Positions 18,877 to 28,732 are shown, numbered from the stretch's first letter. The stretch is 63,285 bases of DNA from an uncultured Treponema sp. (GCA_945915085.1 CAMEET010000001.1:1-63285); one strand, 5' to 3'. Made by a program: numbers and translations. The notes: generated from the sequence alone by a model not told the origin.

Positions 18877-20058
18877 TTAGTTGTATATTGCTCGGACACG
18901 ATTTACTGTATCACATGCTGAAAGCTTTTCTATAATATCTTCTGTAACTTTTCCATCAACATCGATAATATTATAAGCAACATCACCGCGAGCTTGATTA
19001 ATAAACGAAGAAATGTTGAGTTTTGCTTCGCCAAGAATTGTAGTGAACTTAGAAATTGTGTCAGGAATATTTTTGTGACTGATGCAAAGACGAGTTCCGC
19101 CATTTGGAATTGGATTGTCTGTAACAGTTTTTGGGAAATTTACAGAGTTTACAATGTTTCCTTTTTCCAGGAAGTCTTTGAGTTGTTTTGAAGCCATAAC
19201 AGCACAGTTATCTTCTGCTTCAGGAGTAGATGCTCCAAGGTGAGGCATTACGATAATGTTTGGCTGATTCAAAAGTTCTTCTGCAGCAAAGTCTGTTATC
19301 ATGCATGCAACTTTTCCAGATTTGATAGCATCAAGAACATCTGCATTATTTACAAGACCACCTCTTGCAATATTTATGATTCTAACTCCGTTTTTCATGT
19401 TTTTGATTGCCGAAGCATTAATCATGCCTTTTGTATCATTTGTCTGAGGAACATGAATTGTGATGTAGTCAGATTTTGCAAAAACAGTATCGAGAGTTTC
19501 AGCGATTTTAACATTGTGGTCAAGATTTAAAGCAGCCTGTACAGAAAGATATGGGTCATAACCAATTACTTCCATTCCAAACTTCAAAGCAAGATTTGCA
19601 ACCATGTAACCGATTGCACCAAGTCCGATAACACCAAGAGTTTTTCCTTTCAGTTCAGGACCAACAAACTGAGATTTTCCTTTTTCTGCCAAATCTGGAA
19701 TTTCGTCACCTTTGCCAGCAAGTGCATTTGCCCATTTATTTGCATCAACAACAGGACGGCTTGCCAGTAAAAGAGAAAGCATTACAAGTTCTTTTACAGC
19801 ATTTGCATTTGCTCCAGGTGTGTTGAAAACTACAACACCTTTTTCTGTCAGTTCAGGAATTGGGATGTTGTTAGTTCCAGCTCCAGCACGTGCAACAGCT
19901 TTTGTGTTGTCAGAAATATTCATTTCGTGCATATCAGCAGAACGCACAAGAATTGCATCCGGATTGTTGATATCAGTTGCAACTTCATAATTATCACGGT
20001 CCAATTGATTAAGACCAACAGCAGCTATTTTATTTAAAGTTTGAATTTTAAAAGACAT
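18877..20058 (-). CDS. serA: D-3-phosphoglycerate dehydrogenase with ACT domain
   Basis: RAGAGTNNI, NTPGANANAV, GLGAIG, INIARG, PHLGAST.EA, C-terminal ACT. Confidence 0.92.
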   Translation of the reverse strand: MSFKIQTLNKIAAVGLNQLDRDNYEVATDINNPDAILVRSADMHEMNISDNTKAVARAGAGTNNIPIPELTEKGVVVFNTPGANANAVKELVMLSLLLASRPVVDANKWANALAGKGDEIPDLAEKGKSQFVGPELKGKTLGVIGLGAIGYMVANLALKFGMEVIGYDPYLSVQAALNLDHNVKIAETLDTVFAKSDYITIHVPQTNDTKGMINASAIKNMKNGVRIINIARGGLVNNADVLDAIKSGKVACMITDFAAEELLNQPNIIVMPHLGASTPEAEDNCAVMASKQLKDFLEKGNIVNSVNFPKTVTDNPIPNGGTRLCISHKNIPDTISKFTTILGEAKLNISSFINQARGDVAYNIIDVDGKVTEDIIEKLSACDTVNRVRAIYN

Positions 20059-20136
20059 ATTTTCTCCACTATAAATTTTTTACAACGCAGCTTTTTTTGA
20101 TATAATTAAAGCCACTCAATTTAAGTTTTTTTTATG

Positions 20137-20300
20137 TTGGGTGGCTTTTTGCTTCGCAAAAAAAGCGAGAAATGCATAGCATTTCTCGTCCCGAGTTTGC
20201 ATTGCAAACTCGCGCTATTGGGGTTCCGCTATCGCTTCAGCCGCTTCCCTCGCTTCGCTCAGTCCAGTGGCCGCTTCGCGCCCCTACTATCCTTGCCACG
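20137..20300 (-). repeat. Structured intergenic repeat family A copy 2, with two extra hairpins
   Basis: Near-identical to 39019-39146. Lies between serC and serA. Confidence 0.9.
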
Positions 20301-20337
20301 TTTTACAACTTTTACATCAAACCACCCAATTAAAATT

Positions 20338-21462
20338 TTAGTTTTCTGCGGCAAATTTTTTCATAAATTCTACAAGTGCTTTTACACCTTCCAGACTCAT
20401 AGCATTGTAGATAGAAGCACGCATTCCGCCAACAAGTCTGTGTCCTTTCAGATTTACAAAACCTGCTGCTGCAGCTTCTTTTACAAATTTGTCGTTGATT
20501 GCTTTTTCTTTTGCAACACTTTCTTCGTCAGTTGCTCCAGTTGAATATTTTGTAAGGAATGGAACGTTCATCAAAGAACGGCTTCCTTTTTCAGTTGTTG
20601 CACGGAAGAAATCGCTGGAATCAAGGTAATCATACAAATAATCAGCTTTTTCTTGATTTCGTTTGAGCATTCCGTCAGCACCACCATTTTTTTCAATCCA
20701 GTGAAGAACTTTATCAAGTACATAAATTGTGTAGCAAGGTGGAGTGTTGTACATAGAATCATTTTCAGCGTGAGTTTTGTAGCAAAGCATTGTTGGAGTG
20801 CCAGGACGACAGTTTTCAAGGTCGCAGATCAAATCTTCACGAATGATTACAAGTGTAACTCCTGCCGGAGCAAGATTCTTCTGAGCACCAGCAAAAAGAA
20901 GTCCAAACTTGCTGACATCAAGAGGTTCAGAAAGAACACAAGATGAAATATCAGCAACCAAAGGAATGTCCCCTGTTTCCGGGATGTATTCATAATGAGT
21001 ACCCATGATTGTGTTGTTAAAGCAGATGTAAGCATAATCATAATCACCTTCGATTTTTTCAACACGAGGGATATATGAATAATTTTTATCTTTACTAGAA
21101 GCGATTACATCAACTTCAACTCCAAGATGTTTTGCTTCTGCAGCAGCTTTTTTTGCCCAAACGCCAGTTTCAATATAAGCAGCTTTTCCTTTTTTGTTAC
21201 CAAGATTCTGAGCAACCATAGCAAACTGAGTAGAACCGCCACCTTGAAGGAACAAAACTTTGTAATTTTCAGGAACATTCATAAGTTTTCGAACCATAGC
21301 TTCTGCATCAGCGATAATAGGCTCGAATGCTTTTGAACGGTGGCTCATTTCCATTACAGACTGACCTGTTCCATTATAATCAAGCATTTCAGCTGCACAT
21401 TCTTTTAATACTTCTTCTGGTAAGCAAGAAGGTCCTGCACTAAAATTGTAAACTCTAGACAC
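20338..21462 (-). CDS. serC: Phosphoserine aminotransferase
   Basis: YNFSAGP, SVMEMSHR, AGAQKN (PLP Lys), YNTPP, GHRLVGGMRASIYNA. GTG start after GAGGT. Confidence 0.96.
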   Translation of the reverse strand: MSRVYNFSAGPSCLPEEVLKECAAEMLDYNGTGQSVMEMSHRSKAFEPIIADAEAMVRKLMNVPENYKVLFLQGGGSTQFAMVAQNLGNKKGKAAYIETGVWAKKAAAEAKHLGVEVDVIASSKDKNYSYIPRVEKIEGDYDYAYICFNNTIMGTHYEYIPETGDIPLVADISSCVLSEPLDVSKFGLLFAGAQKNLAPAGVTLVIIREDLICDLENCRPGTPTMLCYKTHAENDSMYNTPPCYTIYVLDKVLHWIEKNGGADGMLKRNQEKADYLYDYLDSSDFFRATTEKGSRSLMNVPFLTKYSTGATDEESVAKEKAINDKFVKEAAAAGFVNLKGHRLVGGMRASIYNAMSLEGVKALVEFMKKFAAEN

Positions 21463-21506
21463 TTTATACCTCACATTTTTCAGCAAAAAATTACCGAAAT
21501 ATTTTT

Positions 21507-22211
21507 TTACAAAAGCAAATTCAAAGCCGTTATAATAGAAAGATTTTCTACTTTTACATTTTGCGGAACTTTCAGCAGAACATTTGTCATGTTTACAATT
21601 CCACTTATGCCGGCTTTTATCAATCTGTTTGCCATAGTTTGCGCATCTTTGTCTGCAACAGTAAGAATAGCAAAACTGATTTTTTCACGTTTTATCACAA
21701 AATCCATTTCAGATGCAGGATAAAGCGGAAAAGTAGAGCGCAGGATTTCGACACGGTTGACATTTGAATCAAAACCGGCACAAATTTCAAAAACAGAATT
21801 ATCAAAAAGATTTTGATCAAGAAGGGAAGCTCCAAGCCTGCCAAGTCCGGCAATACAAACCTTTTTAAAGATGCCTTCAGCAGAACCAGAACCCACAACG
21901 GCAGTTGAACTGTCAGAAGTGTAAGCAACATTGCTTCCTTTTTGGGATGATGTTTGAGCATAAGTATCTTTTTCAAAGGATATGTTCAAGGCGCTTTTTA
22001 AAGCTTGTTCAAGTTCTTCTATATAATATCCGTTTGAAACACCCTTGTTAAAGCCAAGCAGCCATAAATCATGCCTTATGAGCGAACTTTTCCAGCCAGA
22101 GGCCTCGCTTATAGCAACTGATGTTATTTTTTTATCCGGCCATTTTTGCAAAATTTCAAGCAGCTGAATAAAACGTTTCCTGGTTGGCTTTGGTAAATCA
22201 ATTGATTCCAT
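21507..22211 (-). CDS. rex: Rex-like redox-sensing transcriptional repressor
   Basis: N-terminal LPKPTRKR...ITS..IS...IRHDL...G...GY winged helix. Rossmann GLGRLG, GI.GIVN. AAGGAGG RBS. Confidence 0.75.
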   Translation of the reverse strand: MESIDLPKPTRKRFIQLLEILQKWPDKKITSVAISEASGWKSSLIRHDLWLLGFNKGVSNGYYIEELEQALKSALNISFEKDTYAQTSSQKGSNVAYTSDSSTAVVGSGSAEGIFKKVCIAGLGRLGASLLDQNLFDNSVFEICAGFDSNVNRVEILRSTFPLYPASEMDFVIKREKISFAILTVADKDAQTMANRLIKAGISGIVNMTNVLLKVPQNVKVENLSIITALNLLL

Positions 22212-22306
22212 TATAAAAACCCTCCTTTGTGGGGTCAATAAATAAAGATGATTAAGAATGCGAAAAACAAGAAAAATGAATGAAAAAATGCAAAAAAGTG
22301 TGTTTA

Positions 22307-22324
22307 TTGTTAAAAATATAACAG
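22307..22324. promoter_or_regulatory. Candidate Rex operator upstream of rex-serC-serA
   Basis: TTGTTAAAAATATAACAG vs consensus TTGTKAA-N4-TTMACAA, inside a longer imperfect palindrome. Confidence 0.5.
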
Positions 22325-22374
22325 TAAATAAAAGGTAAAGTCAATAAGAAAACAAATCAGAAAATCAATAAGTT

Positions 22375-22420
22375 AAAAAAAAAGAGGAACCGGAAAAAAC
22401 TAAAAAAAACCGGTTCCTCT
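22375..22420 (-). terminator. Terminator of the SLT gene
   Basis: AGAGGAACCGG/CCGGTTCCTCT stem with a T tract on the minus strand. Confidence 0.8.
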
Positions 22421-22480
22421 GAAAATTAGGAGGCTAAGTTATAGAATCTCAAAACTCACTTGAAAAAGGGCTTTTTGAGA

Positions 22481-23266
22481 TTATTGTACGAACGCAACCG
22501 AAATGCCAGGTTGAATTTGATTGTCAAAGAAAGAAACAACCTGTTCATTAAAAAGTTGGTCCAACATTTTCTGGTATGACATTATTTTTCCAACATAATT
22601 TAAAGTAGATTGTGGAGTTTTGTTTGAACGGACACGACCTGTACCAGCGTTATACATTGCCAGTGCAGAAACTTCATTTCCTGCAGTGTTCAAACAAAAT
22701 TTCAAATGTGACATACCATATTTCGAACTGATAAAAGGATCAAAAAAATCCTCTTCTGATAGAGCAGGGAACGAATTGCTGTTTAATTGAAAAAGTCCTC
22801 TGTCTATAGTGCTGTTCGAATTCTTATTTATAGCTTTTGCATTATAACTGCTTTCAGTGTGGGCAAGTGCAAAAGCAAGCGAAAGCGGAATATCATTTTT
22901 TTCTGCTTCCGTAATAATTGCCTGTGTAATTTCTTTATTTCCAGTTATTTGATAGTAAAACCATTCAACAGCCGGTCTTGAAACATTCTGACGATAAAGT
23001 GAAAGTCCGTTATCATAATCATCAGAAAGCATAGATAAAGAAACTTCAGAAAAATATTCCTGAAAAGCAGCGGCCATATCTTCTTGAGTTTCTTCTGAAA
23101 TCTCAACGACTTCAGTTTCTGCTGGAACTAAAGAAACAGATTCCTGTTCAACAGAATTTGGAAGAAGAAAATATACAAGTAATGAAACAGTCAATAAAAT
23201 TGCTGAAATAATTATTGCAGAGAAACAGACATTTGAAAAAGATTTTTCTTGCGATTTATTCTGCAT
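22481..23266 (-). CDS. Lytic transglycosylase (SLT domain), membrane anchored
   Basis: N-terminal TM, ALAHTESSYN, DRGLFQLN, ALAMYNAG. Confidence 0.88.
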   Translation of the reverse strand: MQNKSQEKSFSNVCFSAIIISAILLTVSLLVYFLLPNSVEQESVSLVPAETEVVEISEETQEDMAAAFQEYFSEVSLSMLSDDYDNGLSLYRQNVSRPAVEWFYYQITGNKEITQAIITEAEKNDIPLSLAFALAHTESSYNAKAINKNSNSTIDRGLFQLNSNSFPALSEEDFFDPFISSKYGMSHLKFCLNTAGNEVSALAMYNAGTGRVRSNKTPQSTLNYVGKIMSYQKMLDQLFNEQVVSFFDNQIQPGISVAFVQ

Positions 23267-23489
23267 AATTTCCTCACTACTGGTAAAAGCCAGATTAATT
23301 TTTTATATAATCAAAACTAATCATTTGCTCTTCATAAATCAACAGAATAATGTCATAAAAATAAAAAAAAGACAAGTACTTTTTTACGAAATTTTAAGAA
23401 AAAATGAGAAAAATATTAACTTTTAGAGAAATGAGTTGTAAAACTTTGCAAACATTGCGGTATTTCGCAAATATTACGAAACAGAACTG

Positions 23490-23939
23490 TTAGTAAACAA
23501 CTATTGAAGAATCACCAATTTCTTTGTTGTGTGAAAAATATACATACTGAGCATGTTTTTTGGAAAGAATTTCAATAAAATCATGAAAATCAGAAATTTC
23601 AGCAGGGATTTCAAAACCTGCCACGCTGATGCAGTCTTTTACACGTCTTGCAGTGTGATTGCAGGCATTTGTAAAAGATTCAATCTGTTCCGCATTTTCC
23701 AGAGGTTTGTCGATAATAGGTACAAGAACGGCAAATTTTCCCTGAACTTCAAGAGATTTTAAATCATCGCGCAGAGAGGCGAGAAATTCCTCGTTGTAGA
23801 TTTCATCTTCAAGTTCCACTTTTGACCACAGAATTTCAATTTTCTGCAGTTGTTCTGCAGCGAAAGGAGAGTTATCATCGATTTTGTACAATTTATTTTC
23901 TTTTACAAAAAAAACAGGTTCTAATTTCATTTTTCCCAC
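23490..23939 (-). CDS. Hypothetical protein resembling a truncated GH5-like barrel
   Basis: WSKVELEDEIYNEEFLASLR and HTARRVKDCISVAGFE segments. No NEP motif. Confidence 0.5.
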   Translation of the reverse strand: MGKMKLEPVFFVKENKLYKIDDNSPFAAEQLQKIEILWSKVELEDEIYNEEFLASLRDDLKSLEVQGKFAVLVPIIDKPLENAEQIESFTNACNHTARRVKDCISVAGFEIPAEISDFHDFIEILSKKHAQYVYFSHNKEIGDSSIVVY

Positions 23940-24060
23940 CAGACTTTTTTTATTATTTTTTCAAATTAGAATTATACAAAAAAGATTGAAAAAATCAATA
24001 ATGAAATAATCTTGTAATTTTTTGTGCTAAGAAATTTTATGAAAAAAGGTGAATGTTGAT

Positions 24061-24092
24061 AAAAAAAAGCCAAACAGCGAACTGTCTGGCTT
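24061..24092 (-). terminator. Terminator after the PTS EIIA gene
   Basis: AAGCCA.ACAG-CGAA-CTGT.TGGCTT with an A tract on the plus strand. Confidence 0.7.
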
Positions 24093-24126
24093 AAACAAGG
24101 AGAAAAATTATTGTGTAAAAAAATGA

Positions 24127-24573
24127 TTACTCAGTCAAAATTCTAATAACTTCAGCTTTGTCTTGAGTATTAAGAATTTCCTGACGCTTTTCAGGACTTT
24201 TGAAAAGTAAACTTACTTCGGCAAGGAACTGTAAATGAGGACCTGTTTTATTCACAGGAGAAAGTGTCATAATAAAAATGCGACAAGGTTCCTGGTCGAG
24301 TGAATCAAAATCAACAGGATTATCTGAAATTCCAATACAGGCAACTAAATCTTTTACTGTATCAGTTTTTCCATGAGGAATTGCAATTCCATGTTTCATA
24401 CCTGTAGACATCTTGCGTTCACGGTCTAAAACACATTCACGTGCAGCGTCTTTATCTGTGACTTTTCCTGCTTTGTAAAGCACATCAAGCATTTCGTCTA
24501 CAATTTCTTCTTTAGTTGTTCCTTTCAAATGAAGGTTGACTGTGTCTGTTGTTAATACTGTTCTCAAATCCAT
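24127..24573 (-). CDS. PTS EIIA-type (Fru/Mtl/Ntr) protein
   Basis: RERKMSTG, GIAIPHG phospho-His motif, HLQFLA. Confidence 0.9.
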   Translation of the reverse strand: MDLRTVLTTDTVNLHLKGTTKEEIVDEMLDVLYKAGKVTDKDAARECVLDRERKMSTGMKHGIAIPHGKTDTVKDLVACIGISDNPVDFDSLDQEPCRIFIMTLSPVNKTGPHLQFLAEVSLLFKSPEKRQEILNTQDKAEVIRILTE

Positions 24574-24582
24574 AGTATCTTA

Positions 24583-24611
24583 ATCTTATTTCCACTTTGA
24601 TAACTTGTCAA
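24583..24611 (-). promoter_or_regulatory. Sigma70-type promoter of the EIIA gene
   Basis: TTGACA-N17-TAAGAT, 9 nt before the ATG. Confidence 0.7.
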
Positions 24612-24668
24612 GAAAAAGAATGCCATTTTTTAAATATTTTTAAAGTTTTTTTTAATAAAGTTTCAATA

Positions 24669-24810
24669 AGGGGACAGACCTCAATTTGGATCGACTTTAT
24701 GAAAACAGGGACATACCTCAATTTGAATTGACTTTATTAAAACAGGGACAGACCTTAATTGAAAGCGATTTGTTAATTTGAGCGGTTTGGAAAAAACAAG
24801 GTCTGTCCCT
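24669..24810. repeat. Three 37-bp tandem units starting GGGACA(G/T)ACCT plus one inverted copy
   Basis: Motif starts at 24671, 24708 and 24745. Inverted AGGTCTGTCCC at 24799-24809. Confidence 0.85.
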
Positions 24811-24851
24811 ATTTTTAACAGACGGACAGTACGAACTGTATTGATTAAAAT

Positions 24852-24960
24852 GGGGGCTTGGGGGGTACCCCCAGGAGAAGGGGTAGCGGAAGACACAACA
24901 AAGCGAAACGGAGTGAAGCGACTTGTGGCTGGAGCGAGGGGAAGGCTTTCCCCTCCTTTT
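24852..24960 (+). repeat. Structured intergenic repeat family B copy 1
   Basis: G-rich hairpin, GAAGGGGTAGCG, variable arm, GAGCGAGGGGAAGGCTTTCCCCTC plus T tract. Shared with 28577 and 36567. Confidence 0.85.
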
Positions 24961-25091
24961 GCAAAAACAAGGTTGCTCTGACAAGGTCTGTCCCTGCTTT
25001 ATATAGTTGTATCATTATTAAGAAATCATTATAATTGTAGAAAATGTTCTTTTGAACTTTGATTTCTAGAATTGTTTGAGAGGTTGATAAA

Positions 25092-26672
25092 ATGGTTACT
25101 TGGGCGAACGCAGACAAACTTGCTTCTTGGAAAAAGTTGTTGTCTTTGAAAGGTATGGTTTCTGTGGCTGAGGAATTGAGTTGTGCACAGGCTGCTGATA
25201 GAATTGCAAAGTATTCTATTCCAATGGGTGGAAATTTGACTTATAATTTTGCTGCTAAACAGGTGAATGAGCAGATTTTGAAGACTTTTGCTGAGCTTGC
25301 AGAGGAACAGCAGCTTGTTGATAAATATAAGGAACTTTTGAACGGTGAAATTATTAATACTGGTGAAAAACGTATGGTTTTGCATCAGCTTACACGCGGT
25401 CAGCTTGGAAAGGATGTTGTTGCTGACGGTGTGAACAAGCGTGAATTTTATCTGAATGAGGTAAAACGCATTGCTGATTTTGCGAACGATGTTCATTCTG
25501 GTAAAATTTTGAATGAAAAAGGCGAAAAGTATACTACTGTTTGTCAGATTGGTATTGGTGGTTCTGATTTGGGACCTCGCGCGATGTATCTTGCACTTGA
25601 AAATTGGGCAAAAAAGAATAATTCTTTCAAAATGGAAGCTAATTTTATTTCAAATGTTGACCCTGACGATGCTGCTGCTGTTTGTAAGAAGCTTGATATT
25701 TCTAAAACTATTTTTATTCTTGTGTCAAAATCGGGTACTACTCTTGAAACTTTGACTAATGAATCTTTTGTTAAAGATTTTATTAAAAAAGCTGGTTGTG
25801 ATGCATCTAAACATATGATTGCTGTTACTTCGGAAACTTCTCCTTTGGCTCACAATCCTGATTATATGGCTGCTTTCTATATGGACGATTATATTGGCGG
25901 CCGATATTCTTCTACTTCTGGTGTTGGTGGTGCTGTTTTGAGTCTTGCTTTCGGTCCTGACGTTTTCCAGGAGTTTTTGGATGGTGCTGCAGAGGAAGAT
26001 AAGCTTTCTTTGAATAAGGATATTACTAAAAATCCTGCTTTGATGGATGCTTTGATTGGTGTTTACGAACGAAATGTTCAGGAATATCCTGCTACTGCAA
26101 TTTTGCCTTATTCTCAGGCTTTGAGTCGTTTCCCTGCTCATTTGCAGCAGCTTGATATGGAAAGTAACGGTAAATCTGTAAACCGTTTTGGTGAAAAAAT
26201 TGATTATGTTACTGGACCTGTCATTTTTGGTGAGCCTGGAACTAATGGTCAGCATTCTTTCTATCAGCTTTTGCATCAGGGAACTGACATTGTGCCTTTG
26301 CAGTTTATTGCATTTAAGAAAAATCAGACTGGCGATGATGTTGTAATTGAAAACTCAACAAGTCAGGTGAAACTTTGTGCTAATGTAACTGCTCAGATTG
26401 TGGCTTTTGCTTGTGGTAAAAATGATGAAAATCCAAATAAAAACTTTGCTGGCGGTCGTCCTTCAAGTTTGATTTATGGTGATGATTTGAATCCTAAATC
26501 TCTTGGTGCTTTGCTTGCACACTTCGAAAACAAAGTAATGTTCCAAGGGTTTGTTTGGAATGTGAACAGTTTTGACCAGGAAGGTGTTCAGCTTGGTAAA
26601 GTCCTTGCAAAAACAGTTCTTTCTGGAAAAATGGAAGGTGCTTTGAAAGCATACGCAGGACTTTTGATTTAA
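25092..26672 (+). CDS. pgi: Glucose-6-phosphate isomerase
   Basis: IGIGGSDLGP, SKSGTT.ET, GGRYS, QQLDMESNGK, GEPGTNGQHSFYQLLHQG, FDQEGVQLGK. Confidence 0.97.
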   Translation: MVTWANADKLASWKKLLSLKGMVSVAEELSCAQAADRIAKYSIPMGGNLTYNFAAKQVNEQILKTFAELAEEQQLVDKYKELLNGEIINTGEKRMVLHQLTRGQLGKDVVADGVNKREFYLNEVKRIADFANDVHSGKILNEKGEKYTTVCQIGIGGSDLGPRAMYLALENWAKKNNSFKMEANFISNVDPDDAAAVCKKLDISKTIFILVSKSGTTLETLTNESFVKDFIKKAGCDASKHMIAVTSETSPLAHNPDYMAAFYMDDYIGGRYSSTSGVGGAVLSLAFGPDVFQEFLDGAAEEDKLSLNKDITKNPALMDALIGVYERNVQEYPATAILPYSQALSRFPAHLQQLDMESNGKSVNRFGEKIDYVTGPVIFGEPGTNGQHSFYQLLHQGTDIVPLQFIAFKKNQTGDDVVIENSTSQVKLCANVTAQIVAFACGKNDENPNKNFAGGRPSSLIYGDDLNPKSLGALLAHFENKVMFQGFVWNVNSFDQEGVQLGKVLAKTVLSGKMEGALKAYAGLLI

Positions 26673-26695
26673 GGACTGATTTAATCTGTAAAACG

Positions 26696-26736
26696 GTGAA
26701 GTCAATGACTTAAGCGATGTCTTGCCTTGACTTCAC
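26696..26736. terminator. Inverted repeat between convergent pgi and ABC genes
   Basis: GTGAAGTCAA ... TTGACTTCAC. Confidence 0.6.
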
Positions 26737-26759
26737 TGTGTTTAATACTTTTGCCGGCA

Positions 26760-28496
26760 TTAAAGCACTCCGTTTTGTGCCTGGCAAAGTTTGTAATATT
26801 CTCCTTGTTTCTGGATTAAATCGCTGTGAGTTCCTGTTTCGCAGATTGTTTTGTGATTTATTACAGCGATTTTATCTGCATTTTTGATTGTAGAAAGTCT
26901 GTGTGCAATGACAATTGTTGTGCGTCCTTTTGAAAGTTCGTCAAATGCTTTTTGAATTTTGATTTCGGTGGCTGTGTCCAAAGCTGATGTTGCTTCGTCT
27001 AAAATCAGGATTGGAGGATTTTTGAGGAAACATCGTGCGATTGAAATTCTTTGTTTTTGTCCGCCGCTTAATTTGATGCCGCGTTCTCCAACGATTGTTT
27101 CATATCCATCTGGCATATTCATTATATCATCATGAATTTCAGCGCGTTTGGCAGCTAAAATGATTTCCTGTTCTGTTGCATTTGGTTTTGCGTATGCAAT
27201 GTTTTCGCGAACTGAACCTGCAAATAAAAAAACGTCCTGTTGTACAATTCCAATCTGGTTTCTTAGGGAATTGCGTTTTATTTTCTTTATGTTGATTCCA
27301 TCCAGCAGAATTTGTCCTTCTGAGATTTCATAAAAACGTGGAATCAGATTGCAGATTGTTGATTTTCCTCCACCGCTTGAACCGACCAGTGCAAATTTTT
27401 CTCCCGATTTGACTGTAAAATTTATATCGTTTAAAACTTGAATATTGTTTGCGTATGAAAAATTGACATGTTCAAAATTGATGTTTCCTCTTGAAGCAAG
27501 AATTTCAACAGCATCGTTGCTGTCTGGTTTTTCTGTTTCTGTCTGCATGATTTCTAAAAATCGTGAAAAACCTGCCATTCCTGTAGAAAACTGTTCAACA
27601 AAATTTGTCAGTTTTCTAATTGGGGCTGTGAAACTTGCTATAAAAAGATTTGCGGCAACTAAATCTGGTAAAGTCATTTTTTCTTTCATAATAAAATATC
27701 CGCCGACAGCCAGAATAAGCAGACTTAAAAAATTGTTGCAAAGTTCAATGTTTGAATGAAAAAATGCCATGTATTTAAATCTGATTTTTTTTGCTTGGCT
27801 GTATTTTTTATTCATTGCATCAAAGTTTTTGTTTTCTAATTCTTCGTTTACAAATCCTTTTGTTACTCTGATGCCACTTATGCTTGATTCAAGGTTTGCA
27901 TTGATTTCGGCTGTGGTTTCTTTGACTTTTTTTGACGTCTTGGAAAGATTTCGTCTTGAAAAAATTACGATAAAAAGGATTATCGGCATGGAGATAATCA
28001 CAATAATTGCAAGTTCCCAGCGAATTTTTAGCAGGAGAAAAAATGAACCAAAGATTGTTAAAATTGCTATAAAAAAATCTTCTGGACCATGATGTGCAAG
28101 TTCTGTGATTTCAAAAAGGTCTGTAGTTGCACGTGCCATTATTTTTCCAGTTCTGTTTGTGTCATAAAATGAAAAGGGGAGTTTTTCCAGATGTGAAAAA
28201 ACATCGCGGCGCATATCCTGTTCAATTCTGTTTCCAAAGATGTGTCCCCAATAGTTTACAAACCAGTTGCATATCCAGCGTAGAAAATAGCCTCCGCCCA
28301 GAATTATAATGAAAAATGTAAAAATGCGAAGATTTCCGTTTGGAATGAGAATGTCCAATGCATATCGTGAAAACATCGGGAATGCAACGTCTATTGCAGC
28401 AATCATGAATGCGCATATCATGTCAGCAATGAAAAGTTTCAGATGTGGTTTATAATAACTAAAAAAAATTTTTAAAGGGTTTTCGTGAAAATTCAT
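26760..28496 (-). CDS. ABC transporter, fused permease/ATPase (exporter type)
   Basis: TM domain, GSSGGGKS, LSGGQKQR, ILDEATSALD, IAHRL. Confidence 0.93.
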   Translation of the reverse strand: MNFHENPLKIFFSYYKPHLKLFIADMICAFMIAAIDVAFPMFSRYALDILIPNGNLRIFTFFIIILGGGYFLRWICNWFVNYWGHIFGNRIEQDMRRDVFSHLEKLPFSFYDTNRTGKIMARATTDLFEITELAHHGPEDFFIAILTIFGSFFLLLKIRWELAIIVIISMPIILFIVIFSRRNLSKTSKKVKETTAEINANLESSISGIRVTKGFVNEELENKNFDAMNKKYSQAKKIRFKYMAFFHSNIELCNNFLSLLILAVGGYFIMKEKMTLPDLVAANLFIASFTAPIRKLTNFVEQFSTGMAGFSRFLEIMQTETEKPDSNDAVEILASRGNINFEHVNFSYANNIQVLNDINFTVKSGEKFALVGSSGGGKSTICNLIPRFYEISEGQILLDGINIKKIKRNSLRNQIGIVQQDVFLFAGSVRENIAYAKPNATEQEIILAAKRAEIHDDIMNMPDGYETIVGERGIKLSGGQKQRISIARCFLKNPPILILDEATSALDTATEIKIQKAFDELSKGRTTIVIAHRLSTIKNADKIAVINHKTICETGTHSDLIQKQGEYYKLCQAQNGVL

Positions 28497-28576
28497 AAGA
28501 CATATTATCAAATCAAACGAGATAAATCAAATAAAACGGGGACACACCTGGTTTTTGTTAGACTTAATTTTTTTTC

Positions 28577-28660
28577 GGGGCGTTGCGGGGTGTCCCCGCA
28601 GAGAGGGTAGCGGAAGCAACTTGTTGCTGGAGCGAGGGGGAGACTTCCCCCTCTTTTTTT
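28577..28660 (+). repeat. Structured intergenic repeat family B copy 2
   Basis: TGCGGGG-TGT-CCCCGCA, GAGGGTAGCGGAAGC..., GAGCGAGGGGGAGACTTCCCCCTCTTTTTTT. Confidence 0.85.
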
Positions 28661-28705
28661 CCTTTTTATTTTTTCTTGTCTTTTATGCAGAAAAATTGTA
28701 TATTT

Positions 28706-28723
28706 TATGTATAAATATACAGA
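28706..28723. promoter_or_regulatory. Candidate ARG box (argR autoregulation)
   Basis: TATGTATAAATATACAGA resembles WNTGMAT-W4-ATKCANW, immediately upstream of argR. Confidence 0.6.
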
Positions 28724-28732
28724 AAGGTTTAT

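Noticed and set aside
24669-24780. Possible CRISPR array (37-bp periodicity)
   Set aside because: The units are near-identical tandem copies without unique spacers, there are only three, and no cas genes are in the window
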